Assembly: GCF_001194135.2 (NCBI RefSeq)
Contig: NC_068990.1
Span: 66,138,638-66,202,637, forward strand
DNA: 64,000 bases
Source: Octopus bimaculoides
Taxonomy: Eukaryota
Direction: 5' to 3'
Below are positions 25,201-37,494 of the stretch, piece after piece. Position numbers and translations under genes: made by a program. The notes beneath the pieces were generated by a model that saw only the letters and a program-made list of their open reading frames with translations, was not told where the DNA came from and did no database searches. Numbering within the stretch: position 1 is the first letter of the stretch; the number at the start of each line of letters is the position of its first letter.

Positions 25201-26935
25201 GATTTCGATCATTAGTCTGCTTGATCAGCACTTACATGAGAATTCTCGCAAGCCATGACGACTACGATGACGACGACGACGACGACGACGACAGCAACAA
25301 CGACAACAACGCATACATTAGGAGTTGTCTACTCTAGTTTCGAACGCAGTTGATGACAAGACTTCAGATTCCTCGTGCCTATCTCTGATTATAACTAACT
25401 ATCCACATACATTTTCCAGGTGTATACGTTCGCTAGACATCGTCTACTTGTTAACTTATTAAATAAAGTGCAGTTAGCTTTATAATAAACAGTTAATGAA
25501 TTTTATGGAATAAGCAGATTAACAAAGCAGTCAGATTAACACATTAAAATTAATGAAGAATCTAATTCACATTATAACAACACACCCACACTCCCACACC
25601 CCCACACTCCTACACTGACGCATATATATANNNNNNNNNNNNNNNNNNNNNNNNNNNNNNNNNNNNNNNNNNNNNNNNNNNNNNNNNNNNNNNNNNNNNN
25701 NNNNNNNNNNNNNNNNNNNNNNNNNNNNNNNNNNNNNNNNNNNNNNNNNNNNNNNNNNNNNNNNNNNNNNNNNNNNNNNNNNNNNNNNNNNNNNNNNNNN
25801 NNNNNNNNNNNNNNNNNNNNNNNNNNNNNNNNNNNNNNNNNNNNNNNNNNNNNNNNNNNNNNNNNNNNNNNNNNNNNNNNNNNNNNNNNNNNNNNNNNNN
25901 NNNNNNNNNNNNNNNNNNNNNNNNNNNNNNNNNNNNNNNNNNNNNNNNNNNNNNNNNNNNNNNNNTATGCATGTATATATGTATGTTTGCATATGTATAT
26001 ATATGCCTTTAATGATCACTTGATCTTTTCCATAATACCCGATCTTGCATTCATATCTATATATATTTATACATTTGCATACGCACAAATACATGCTGTA
26101 CTATTAATTTCTACCTAGGTTATTTCTGACATGACCAAACTCTATGAAAAAATACCCCATGTATTATGATTAGAAGCAGCAGAATTCTCAGTAGATACAT
26201 ACACAGTCAGGTTTCAGGAAATATTCACAAAAGAATTTATGCTTCTAAGATAACGATTGGTACTAAAAAAAAAAAAAATACTTCTTTGCTGACAGATATT
26301 ATCCTCAAATACAAGACACTATGCGACAAGGGGAACAAAAATTGTGCCACACTATTAATGGGATAATGGTAGAAAAAGTTTATGCCTAGCGCACTAAGCA
26401 ATGTAACAAAAGATTTGTGCAAAAAATGTGATAATGTGCCAAATTCAATCAGAAACGTAAAGATATGTATAACATTCAAATAATTTCTTATTTGAGTTTG
26501 TTGGGCTGTGCATAATAAATACATACTCATATGTGAACATATGGAATACACTTGTGTAAATACTCATATTTGAAGAGTAAGTACATTCATTACATGAGTG
26601 CAAGTATATACGCCTATACACTTTCAAATAAACATAGACTACGTCACTAATATGTTCAGCTGCCTTGACACCAACGGAAAGTCTAACCAATTTTTTATTG
26701 ATAGGCTTGAATCTTGCGTTGAACATAAATAAATAACAAACAAAAGTACATATAGAAAATTGCATACGTACAACATTCTTACGTGCATGCCTACCTACAA
26801 GCAAACATATACAATATATATGCATAATTATTTCATTTTTCATTTTTTGTTTGTAATTGCGCCATTTTATATTGCATTAACTTCTTTATCTCTTTTCAAC
26901 CTTATTTTTCATAATTCATTGTTATTTCTATATAC

Positions 26936-28010
26936 AAGCACACACACACACATACGTACATATCCACACACATGAAAAACAGACGAACCCGTGCACACAC
27001 ATGAACGCACATATACCTCCTACACACACCACACACATACAACACACATACATACATATGTACACACACATACTTCCACACATATACACACACGTACAGA
27101 CACACGCACACACACGCATACACGCACGCATACACGCACGCACACACACATGCACACACGCACACATACTCACACATACACGCATACATATACACACACA
27201 CACATACACCCACGCACACACACACATGCGCGTACACACATACACACGTACACAAACGCTCACACACATACACACGCACAGGAATGCACAGATACCTAAC
27301 TCACACACCGACACACATACCTATACACACACCCACACATAAACGTACACAAGTACACATAACCACATACACATACATACTCAAACACACGCGCATACAC
27401 GCAACAAAACGCACACATAATCCCGACACACATCTCCACATTCACACACACATATATACACGCACATACACACACGCACACACACATATGCACATGTACA
27501 TACGCATGCATACACACACACACACACTCGCACATGTACGCACATATACCTTCAGCACACAATATACACTCATACAGACACGCACACAGTTATACACACA
27601 TACACATATGCATACACATATAGACGTACATACACATGCACACACACACATGCACACACGCATACGAATGTTCATATACCTAACACTGACAACCCTACGC
27701 ATACACATATACACATCCACATACGCACACATACCTGCACACACAACTACACGCACGTACACATACACACACGCACGCACATGCATACACGCGCAAAAAG
27801 ACGCACCTATAGCCCCTACAGAACCCCTCGTTCACATACACACATGCACAAACGCCCGCTCACACACACAAACACACTCACAAATACAGATGCACATACA
27901 CACACACGCACACACATATATATATATATATATACACGCACGCACATACACACACACACGCACACACAAATGAACCCACACATACCTCTCATTCACACAC
28001 AACACACCCG
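26936..28010. repeat. Long degenerate CA-rich repeat tract
   Basis: About 1 kb of interrupted (CA)n; the anchor motif AAATGAACCCACACATACCTC recurs near 62020. Confidence 0.9.
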
Positions 28011-28479
28011 CCCTCTGCTTTCTGAGTTCAAATCCCGCCATGATCTATTTGGATGGTAACCTTAACATATTCGGTTTAACACCTCCACATGGATGCTTGG
28101 TGCCTGTAGCGGAGTCCACTCTATTGTAATCATCCAGGCCATGTTACCGGCTTGAGGATAGATTCCTCTCTTATTCACACCACGTAAACTCATTGGCACA
28201 GTAGCAAGAATCACACTCACTATGCAAGTGAAATATTCGTGCTCTGATTCCAGAGGATGCAGGTATTTCTCTCTCTATTGTTGGTGACAAATATTGTTAT
28301 ATAAATTCCAAATTTAGATGCAAGTCCGTATAATGTTCCAGGGATAGAGTGGACTCATTTAATTTTATCGTCTCCACAAAAAATCTATAAATACGCGAAG
28401 GAAAGTAGAAGATACCAACTCGGTAAAATTGCAGGAAAAGTGTAAAGAAATGCAACAAAATATCAATGCCCAATGTATG

Positions 28480-28508
<29 letters not shown>

Positions 28509-28510
<2 letters not shown>

Positions 28511-28882
28511 TGGCCCAGTCGTTAGGGCAGCGGACTCGCGGTCATAGGATCGCAATTTCGATTCCTAGACCGGGCGTTGTGAGTGTTTATTGAGCGAAAA
28601 CACCCAAAGTTCCACGAGGCTCCGGCAGGAGAAGGTGGTGAACCCTGCTGTACTCTTTCACCCCAACTTTCTCCCACTCTTACTTCCTGTTTCTGTTGTG
28701 CCTGTAATTCAAAGGGCCAGTCTTGTCACACTCTGTGTCACGCTGAATATCCCCGAGAACTACGTTAAGGATACGTGTGTCTGTGGAGTGCTCAGCCACT
28801 TGCACGTTAATTTCGCAAGCAGGCTGTTCCGTTGATCGGATCAACTGGAACCCTCATCGTCGTAAGTGACGGAGTGCCTACA

Positions 28883-28883
<1 letters not shown>
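28509..28883 (+). mobile_element. SINE family B copy inserted within (TATG)n
   Basis: Aligns end to end with 3749-4138; (TATG)n on both sides. Confidence 0.9.
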
Positions 28884-28913
<30 letters not shown>

Positions 28914-28936
28914 TGTATGTATGTATGTACGTATGT

Positions 28937-29075
28937 AGCTGCAAGCATGGTTGTATCATTAAGACGTTTGCTTTACAACCACTTGTTTTGTAACTGTACC
29001 TCTGTGTGGCATTGAGGAAGTGATCTTGATATTGTTTTCTGATTACATCTGGTAGACGGAATGTGTATGTATGCT
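28937..29075 (+). mobile_element. Degraded 5' part of SINE family C
   Basis: GCATGGTTGTATCATTAAGACGTTTGCTTTACAACCAC...GGTAGACGGAA. Confidence 0.5.
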
Positions 29076-29080
29076 CGCCG

Positions 29081-29125
<45 letters not shown>

Positions 29126-30022
29126 GTCAGTCAGTCTGTCTGTCTGTCTGTCTATCTGTCTATCAATACACTTATGTATGTATGTATGTATGTATGTATG
29201 TATGTATGTATGTATGTGTATGAGTGAGTAACTGTGTATGGGCGTGTGCACGTATGTGCATGTGTGTGTGTGAGTGTGTGTCTGCTTTTGCATCAGGGCA
29301 TTTTCTATTTCTTCATCCTTGTTCCAGACATAACTGTTTATCTGTTTTACTACACATATTTGATTGCATGTTTGGAAAAGAAATTTCTATTCTTTCAAAG
29401 AAACGAAGGACACGAAGACTTGTATGCTACTGTGTCGCGTAGAAGAAACAGAAAATAACGTTTCAGGTGTGTGTCTTTTGATGAAGAAGAAAATAAATTA
29501 ATTTCTTCCTCTACGAAATGTTATGCTCTACTTGTCACGGCACCCCGACATACAACTCTTCTTGTTCATAATTGACTCTCGAATCATGCCAACGTTTTTC
29601 GTCGTTAGTCTAGCAATTCTAGTTACTATATTCAATTTATTTATGATTTTGTGTCAGGAATTTGGTTACGATAGTTGTTTGGACTAATTCCAATTTACCT
29701 CTATAGCTATTGACCCCTTACAAAGGGATGGAATTAGTATGGCCTGTGGAGATATGAGGAATAAAGAAACGTAGAAATAGTAAGGAAAGAGTTGAGAAGA
29801 GAGGGAGTCAGAATGAGTGGAATAAAAATGTTGGAAAGAAGGGTGAAGGTGGAATATAAAAAAAAAGAGAGATGCAGTAGGAGTAGAGAGGAAATGGATC
29901 GTGAGGAAACGGGGAATAGGAAGAAGATTGTTAATGATGGGAAGGAGAGAAAAATCGGAGAGAAAAATAAATCGGGTGAAAAAGAAAGTTGGGATTGTGT
30001 GCAGGCGAAAAGATAGAGGGAA

Positions 30023-30053
<31 letters not shown>

Positions 30054-30659
30054 AATAGAGAGAAAGAAACATAATGGGAAATATAAGATTTAGAAGCAGG
30101 AACGGAGAGAAGTTAAGTGTTTAAGGAAATAGCTTCAGAGAGAAAAATCGAAGGGGGAAAAAATTTTGTATTTTTTGTTATTTTACATTATTGTTTTTAC
30201 TTTTTCAGTTTTATTTTCTAAAAAAAAAATTTTTTAAAGAGTTGTTAATTTCCGGTCGGAAAACCCAGAAAATGCGATGTTCTAGAACCTGGATAAAATA
30301 CTAAACTATAATAATAAATAAATTCTAGAATAAAAGAATAAAGGAATAATATTATGCTATTGACAGCTAGAAAATACAAACATATACATATTTATAGCAA
30401 CAATAAAATACAATATGAATAAAACTTGAAGAAATATGAAGTACTTGATTGTCTTCTTATCTCTAGACATTAGGACTAACAAGATGGCTGTGATGGGAAG
30501 TAAAAGGATTTTTGATATTTAAAAAAAAATGACATCATAGTCTTGCGATAGAAAATAAAGGACAGCCGACACTCGCAAGAGAGTATGACTTCGTTCTATA
30601 TTCTGTGTTTTTGCTAAAAGTTTTGGGAGTTTGTGTCGTTTCGAGCAGACGTAGACAAG

Positions 30660-30810
30660 CAAACTGCCAACCAGCCAACCAGCCAGCCAGCCAGTCAACT
30701 AACCAACCAACCAACCAACCAACAAATCAATCAACCAAGTAGCCAAACAACCAAACAACCAGCCAAACAACCAAACAGCCAACCAACAAATTAACAACTC
30801 AACCAACTAA
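30660..30810. repeat. Degenerate (ACCA)/(GCCA) tetranucleotide tract
   Basis: Direct reading. Confidence 0.85.
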
Positions 30811-31332
30811 AGAATTACAATGGCCAATATCAAAATATATCCGTTTAGTCTTATAAATAATCGACATATCACAGTGAAATCTTTACAACTTTTATTGGAC
30901 TTTTCGAATGATAATGCTGAAATGCATTGTGTTACACTGCTGGCAGTAAAGGAGAGGCTATTATTGTATAAGTGGTCTAGATTGATCATTTTCAATGTTG
31001 GAAGAAACGTCAAAATCTATAAAGATATTTGAAGAGGCACGAAGTTCCGTATGCTGTTTGCGAAATGTTCCAATGCCAATTTGAAAGATTTATAGAACTA
31101 TATCAGCTTTCTTTTACTTCTTCAAAGACTATTTTAATTTTCAATTAACCGTTAGGTGAAATAGTTTGTAACTCGGTGTATTTCGTCCGTCGCCTAATTG
31201 ATTCATAGACAGTTCGAAATACTTAGCGTATATGCATGCATGTGTGTGTGCGACCGTGTGTGTGTGTGTGAGTGTGTGTGCATGTGTGTGTGTATACATA
31301 CGTGTATTTATATATACATATGTTCATACTTA

Positions 31333-31362
<30 letters not shown>

Positions 31363-31363
<1 letters not shown>

Positions 31364-31568
31364 GGGAGAATATACAAATAATAACAACAGACGAGGACAG
31401 GTCGTGTAAATAACAAAAGATATATTAGTATGACGCTCGGGAATACGGAAAGTCTTTGACGTTTCGAGCTACGCTCTTCAACAGAAAGAATACGGAGACA
31501 AGGAGTAAAACACGGAGAAAAAAATTGAATAGTGTTCAGTCAACGGTCAATCATAATAATGGCCGATC
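31363..31568 (-). mobile_element. Penelope-like element terminus (pseudo-LTR-like), young copy
   Basis: Contains the hammerhead-like motif, is near-identical to 52692-52843, and its 3' end abuts (TA)n. Confidence 0.65.
31453..31489 (-). ncRNA. Minimal type I hammerhead ribozyme-like motif (core variant CUGUUGA)
   Basis: Minus strand TCTTT-CTGTTGA-A-GAGC-GTA-GCTC-GAA-ACGT-C-AAAGA: 5-bp stem I, 4-bp stem II, palindromic stem III, GUC cleavage triplet. Confidence 0.55.
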
Positions 31569-32696
31569 ATAACAATGGCTGACCGGAAGTTAGAAATTCT
31601 TTTTTCAGGAGAGCTAAGAAAGGGGGAGATAAGAAACGGTGATCGGGAACGAGGGGCTGTGTGTGGGAGGTAGAATGNNNNNNNNNNGTGATGCGAGGGT
31701 ATTGGTGTGCTGTGATGTGAGGGTGTTGGGAGGTGGGGAAGGCATGGGTGGAGTGTGGGTTAGGCTGAGGGTGGGGTAGAGGTAGGGGTCTGTGTGTAGG
31801 GTGGGGTATGTGGGTAGGGTGGGGTATGTGGGTAGGGAACTGTGTATACACACACACGAAAACACAAACAGACTCACACACAAATACATATATGTTTGCG
31901 TGTGGTGGAGATCTGTGCATGATTGCCTATCTTTGGGATTTGATGTATCAGCGTGTAAAATATTATTACATACCGTACAAATACTCATACACACCAGATG
32001 CACAATAACGTGGACGCGCATATTATATGGTCACTGCGTAATTTGCAATTGATTGTAAGGAAAAATACATCCCCTGTTTTTTTCTCTTTTTTCTGCTTCC
32101 TCCCTCTCTCTGTCACACATTCTCATACGTTTATCTCAAACACAATCACACACACGTATATATGAACTTGTAAACACATACATACAAACATGTATGTGAG
32201 TGAATGTACGTGCGTGTGTATGTGTGTGCGTGCGTCTCTTCAATTAAATATTCGTGGCAATGCTTAACTAGAGCGAGCTATTTGTGCAGGAGTGAAAATG
32301 ATGTCTAGATTTTCTATGGGTTTCTTTCATGTTGTAATGTTTAAGTGTCTATATATATATGTACCGAGGGCGATAAATTGAGTAGTAATTTCAATTTCAA
32401 ACCTGTGGTCTAGCATATGTGGTTGGGTCGTTGATGATCTCTTTCTAGCAAATTGGATATCCACCTAGTGGTCATCCCTTCTTATACGTATATATATATA
32501 TATATATAAACACACAAACTGATACATAATGACGAAGCTTTCTCCCCTTCTCGTTCTTTCTTCTGTTGTTCTTCGCCTCTCCCCTTCGCTACTATATCTC
32601 TCTCTCCCTCCCTGTCTCTCGTTGCTCACCTATATTTAACTGCCTCCCCTATTTCTCTCTCTACCACTCTTTCTCCTTACCCCTCGCTGGTCACAT

Positions 32697-33190
32697 GTGA
32701 CCACCTACTGCTTTCTTTCTTCTCCTGGCCACTGCCAAGCTAGCACGAACTTTCTTCTTCTCTCTTCCTTTCAGTTCGTCACATCACAGCGTTCAGTATA
32801 CATATATTTTTTCACGTCTGGCCTTACAACCCTTCTTGTTTATTTGCACTGTTTCGTTTTCCTGTCGTGTTTTCTGTTCACCACTATATTCCTCCGCATT
32901 ACAAATTTCATTAAATTGTTTCCGCGGGAAGAGCCATTCTAATAATGCGCCCTGCCCTAACTCTTCGAAACGCTTAGTTTAGTATGGTGGCAGCTGATGG
33001 AGGAAATGTTCTCTACATGGCCTGTATGTTTTGTGTACTCTCTTCATGTTCTGTTTTGTCATTTTGTCCACATTTTTTGTGACGTCCTGTACCCAGATAT
33101 GCATCTATATAAAAACGTAGATGTAGGTATGTACATATATGTACGTATACATGCATATACTCACATATTAATTGTATTAATACATATATA
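32697..33190 (+). repeat. Dispersed repeat of about 450-500 bp (unclassified, possibly Penelope-related)
   Basis: From about 32780 it aligns to the reverse complement of 51404-51860 (GTCACATCACAGCGTTCAGTATA...CTCTTCGAAACGCTTA...GTCCTGTACCCAGATATGCATCTAT). Confidence 0.8.
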
Positions 33191-33380
33191 TATATATCTG
33201 TAAAAATATCTGACACTTATTCACACTGAAGAGATGTTGGCGTCGGCTCCAACCCTGGCATCCAAAACTCGGAGTTTTATCATGGCTACTGAATAAGTGT
33301 CACATATTTTTACAGATAAATTCCTCTATTTGCATAATATCGATGTCTCTTTCTTTCTTTTGTGTTGTCCTTCCTGTCAA

Positions 33381-33413
<33 letters not shown>

Positions 33414-33915
33414 NNNNNNNNNNNNNNNNNNNNNNNNNNNNNNNNNNNNNNNNNNNNNNNNNNNNNNNNNNNNNNNNNNNNNNNNNNNNNNNNNNNNNNN
33501 NNNNNNNNNNNNNNNNNNNNNNNNNNNNNNNNNNNNNNNNNNNNNNNNNNNNNNNNNNNNNNNNNNNNNNNNNNNNNNNNNNNNNNNNNNNNNNNNNNNN
33601 NNNNNNNNNNNNNNNNNNNNNNNNNNNNNNNNNNNNNNNNNNNNNNNNNNNNNNNNNNNNNNNNNNNNNNNNNNNNNNNNNNNNNNNNNNNNNNNNNNNN
33701 NNNNNNNNNNNNNNNNNNNNNNNNNNNNNNNNNNNNNNNNNNNNNNNNNNNNNNNNNNNNNNNNNNNNNNNNNNNNNNNNNNNNNNNNNNNNNNNNNNNN
33801 NNNNNNNNNNNNNNNNNNNNNNNNNNNNNNNNNNNNNNNNNNNNNNNNNNNNNNNNNNNNNNNNNNNNNNNNNNNNNNNNNNNNNNNNNNNNNNNNNNNN
33901 NNNNNNNNNNNNNNN

Positions 33916-35084
33916 ATAAGACGTTGGACAAAATAATGGAAACACCTAGAATCATAGCATCATAATTTTGAAATATGTATAAAACCATCAAAAGCTTGGT
34001 TATTTTTATGCTTTTTGATTTATTATTAGTGTTGCTTTTCTTTTCAGATATCATCAGAGAAAGTTAATTAAAATTCATTAAAATGACAGATCTATCGGAC
34101 TTTCAAAGAGGTCAAATTGTTGGTGCTCGTATAGCAGGCGCTAACGTAATGAAATCAGCCGAAATGTTTGGTGTATCAAGGAGTATGCCTGGCAAGTAAT
34201 GACAGCCTTTGAGAAAGAGGGAAAAACCTCCCCGTCGAAGCAAAACTCCGGAAGAAAGCCAAAATTTTCAGATAGGGACCGTCGGACTCTTACACGAATT
34301 GTTAGAAAGGATCACAAAAATACAGATCCCAAAATTACTACAGAGCTTAATGACCACCTCAAGAACCCAGTTTCCGTAAAAACTGTTCGACGAGAGCTGC
34401 ACAAAGCTAGATTTGACGGGAGGGCTGCAATGAGAAAACAACTACTTTCAAAACAAGTGTTGAAAAGCGTTTAGAGTGGAGTATAAACATACAGAATTGG
34501 TCCCTAAAGCAGTGGAAGAATGTTATCTTCACGGACGAATCATCCTTTACCTTATTTCCGACCACCGGCCAAGTATAGGTGTGGAGACAGCTAAAAGAAG
34601 CATTTGACCCAGGCTGCCTTTTTCCAACTGTTAAACATGGAGGAGCATCTGTGATGATCTTGGGAGCTATATCTTGGAAATCCGCCGGCCCAGTGGTTTC
34701 CCTTCATGGCAGAATTAATAGTCCCAAGACGATTTAACCATGGTTGCGGAACTGTTTCCAGAGGGGAACGCAATCTTTCATACACCAATTCACACAGCTA
34801 AAGTTTTTACTGAATAGCACGAGGAACATTCTAGTGAAGTTGAACATCTTATCTGGCCACCACAGTCCCCAAATCTCAATATTATTGAATATTTATGGTG
34901 CAGTTTAAAAAAACATGTAAGGATTCGATATCATCCACGATCATCACTACAAGAAGTGGAGACTGTTTTAGCTGAAGAACGGAAAATATTCCTTTGGAAA
35001 CTATTCAAAATTTGTACGAGTCCATACCTTGTGGAATTCAAGCTGTAATGACTGCCAAAGGCGGTCCTACCCCATATCAAAATA
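33916..35084 (+). mobile_element. Tc1-family DNA transposon with decayed transposase; right end lost in gap
   Basis: ATG at 34083: MTDLSDFQRGQIVGARIAG...SGRKPKFSDRDRR...VIFTDES...VKHGG...WPPQSPNLNIIE...GGPTPY. Stops, frameshifts and a deletion across the second catalytic Asp. Left end TTGGACAAAATAATGGAAACACC is TIR-like. Confidence 0.93.
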
Positions 35085-35514
35085 NNNNNNNNNNNNNNNN
35101 NNNNNNNNNNNNNNNNNNNNNNNNNNNNNNNNNNNNNNNNNNNNNNNNNNNNNNNNNNNNNNNNNNNNNNNNNNNNNNNNNNNNNNNNNNNNNNNNNNNN
35201 NNNNNNNNNNNNNNNNNNNNNNNNNNNNNNNNNNNNNNNNNNNNNNNNNNNNNNNNNNNNNNNNNNNNNNNNNNNNNNNNNNNNNNNNNNNNNNNNNNNN
35301 NNNNNNNNNNNNNNNNNNNNNNNNNNNNNNNNNNNNNNNNNNNNNNNNNNNNNNNNNNNNNNNNNNNNNNNNNNNNNNNNNNNNNNNNNNNNNNNNNNNN
35401 NNNNNNNNNNNNNNNNNNNNNNNNNNNNNNNNNNNNNNNNNNNNNNNNNNNNNNNNNNNNNNNNNNNNNNNNNNNNNNNNNNNNNNNNTATATATATATA
35501 TATATATATATATA

Positions 35515-35745
35515 TGCTTGTCTTTGTGTTTATCCCCGTCCCCGTCCCTCAATCACCGCTCGACAACCGATGTTGCTGTGTTTACGTCGCCGTAACTAGC
35601 GGTTCGGCAAAAGAGACCTATAGAATAAGTACTAGACTTAAAAAATAAGTCTTTGGGTAGATTTATACGACAATAAAACAGGTTAAGGCGGTGCTCCAAC
35701 ATGGCCGCAGTTAAATGACTGAAACAAATAAAAGAATTAAAGAAT
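35515..35745 (+). mobile_element. SINE family C, 3' half, low divergence
   Basis: CGCTCGACAACCGATGTTGCTGTGTTTACGTC...GGTTCGGCAAAAGAGACC...GGCGGTGCTCCAACATGGCCGCAG...GAAACAAATAAAAGAAT. Confidence 0.85.
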
Positions 35746-35749
35746 ATAT

Positions 35750-35990
35750 TTATACATACATACATACATACAATCATACATACATACATACATACATACA
35801 TACATACATACATACACACATACATACACACATACATACATACATACATACATTTATACATACATACATACATACATGCATACGTACATACGTACATACA
35901 TACATACGTACATACATACATACATACACACATACATTCATACATACATACATAAATACATACATACATACATACATTCATACATACATA
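35750..35990. repeat. (TACA)n microsatellite
   Basis: Direct reading. Confidence 0.95.
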
Positions 35991-36296
35991 ATGGTTCATA
36001 CTCGACTTAATACATTATAACAAACACACTTTTAATAACAATCACGCAATCTTTAACGTCGCATGCTTTTTTTATACATACTTACTGGAAAATCTGTTGT
36101 CTTGAGAAAAGAAAAATATAGCGATGCCACAGCTAAGTCGTGCACTACAGATACAGTCTGTAACAGGAACAGTAAATATATGCAAGTTTTACGTCTACTT
36201 CAAAATATGACGTTGCTTTTGCTATATATATATTCCAGCGATATGATTTCTTCCCTTCCCTTCAAGAAAATTTCAAATACTTTAAAATTGAAGAAA

Positions 36297-36332
<36 letters not shown>

Positions 36333-37081
36333 GCACGCACGTGCACACACACACACACGCACACACACACCACGCGCGCGCACGCACACACACATGAACA
36401 CACACATATATATACGTATGCGTTTGAGCAATAAATTTACATTGAGTGTGCTTCATAACTTCAGGCGTCTCCCTGTTCCAGAAATTAGCTGTGACAGTAT
36501 ATATAATTATATAAATAAGCCGATGTTACTGTTAACGGAGCTTAAAATTTATCACTTATTATTAATGCATCAACGCATCGAACCATTCTTCAAATTATTC
36601 CTAACTCCCTTTTCTCTTCGTTCCTTCATTGCTGTTTTCCCAGTCTGTCTATCCATTGTTAATTCATTGCACTATGAGCGACTGTAGTTAAGCCGCGTTA
36701 AAAGCATTAACTCACCGCTAATTTTCTGTGCTTGTTCAACGCTCCTGGATTCCTTTTCTCTTCACCATCATCTATGCAACTGTGTTATCATGAAAGTGGG
36801 ATTCACAACACAGCTAGGGAAAAGTTAGAAATGATTACCTGTTTTATAAAGAGATACTTTGATTCCTTATGGCACTGCAGCTGAAGGTTAAGCTGCGGCT
36901 GCAGTGGGTAAATCGCACGGTTGAGAGAACTGGAACCTAAAGACATACAATATGCATGTACATAATTAAAAACATATATGATATACATGAATAGTTAATT
37001 TGTGATAAGTGTTATGAAATTTTATATATACATGCATGTGCATGTATGTGTGTATGTATGTGTGTGAGTGTGTATGGACAT

Positions 37082-37140
<59 letters not shown>

Positions 37141-37381
37141 GAGCTCAAACTAATTCACTGGCTTGTTTTCATACATCTTTCTTCGAGTTTTGTTTTTCTT
37201 TATATTTCAACTATATATAAATATGAATATATATATATATATAAAAATGAACTTTAAGTTAGTTAAGATACGTTTGTCACTTATTTTAACTTCTTAACTT
37301 CTAAAGTATAACTCACACCAGTTACCATGAAGAACAATTCTCTCTTGTGGTGAAAGGTGTAAAAACATTATATCTGCTTAG

Positions 37382-37494
37382 CATTTACCCCCTATCGGAT
37401 TCCATGGCGCGCGTTTCTGCCCAGGGTTATTTCTCTTCCGGTGACCAAGAAAATACCACCTAAGATTGCGCCTGGGAAAGCAGTGTGTATGAAG
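37382..37494 (+). CDS. Candidate internal exon (phase 1-0), product unresolved
   Basis: CTTAG acceptor, AAG|GTATCT donor, GC-rich relative to flanks, only one open frame: FTPYRIPWRAFLPRVISLPVTKKIPPKIAPGKAVCMK. Confidence 0.25.
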
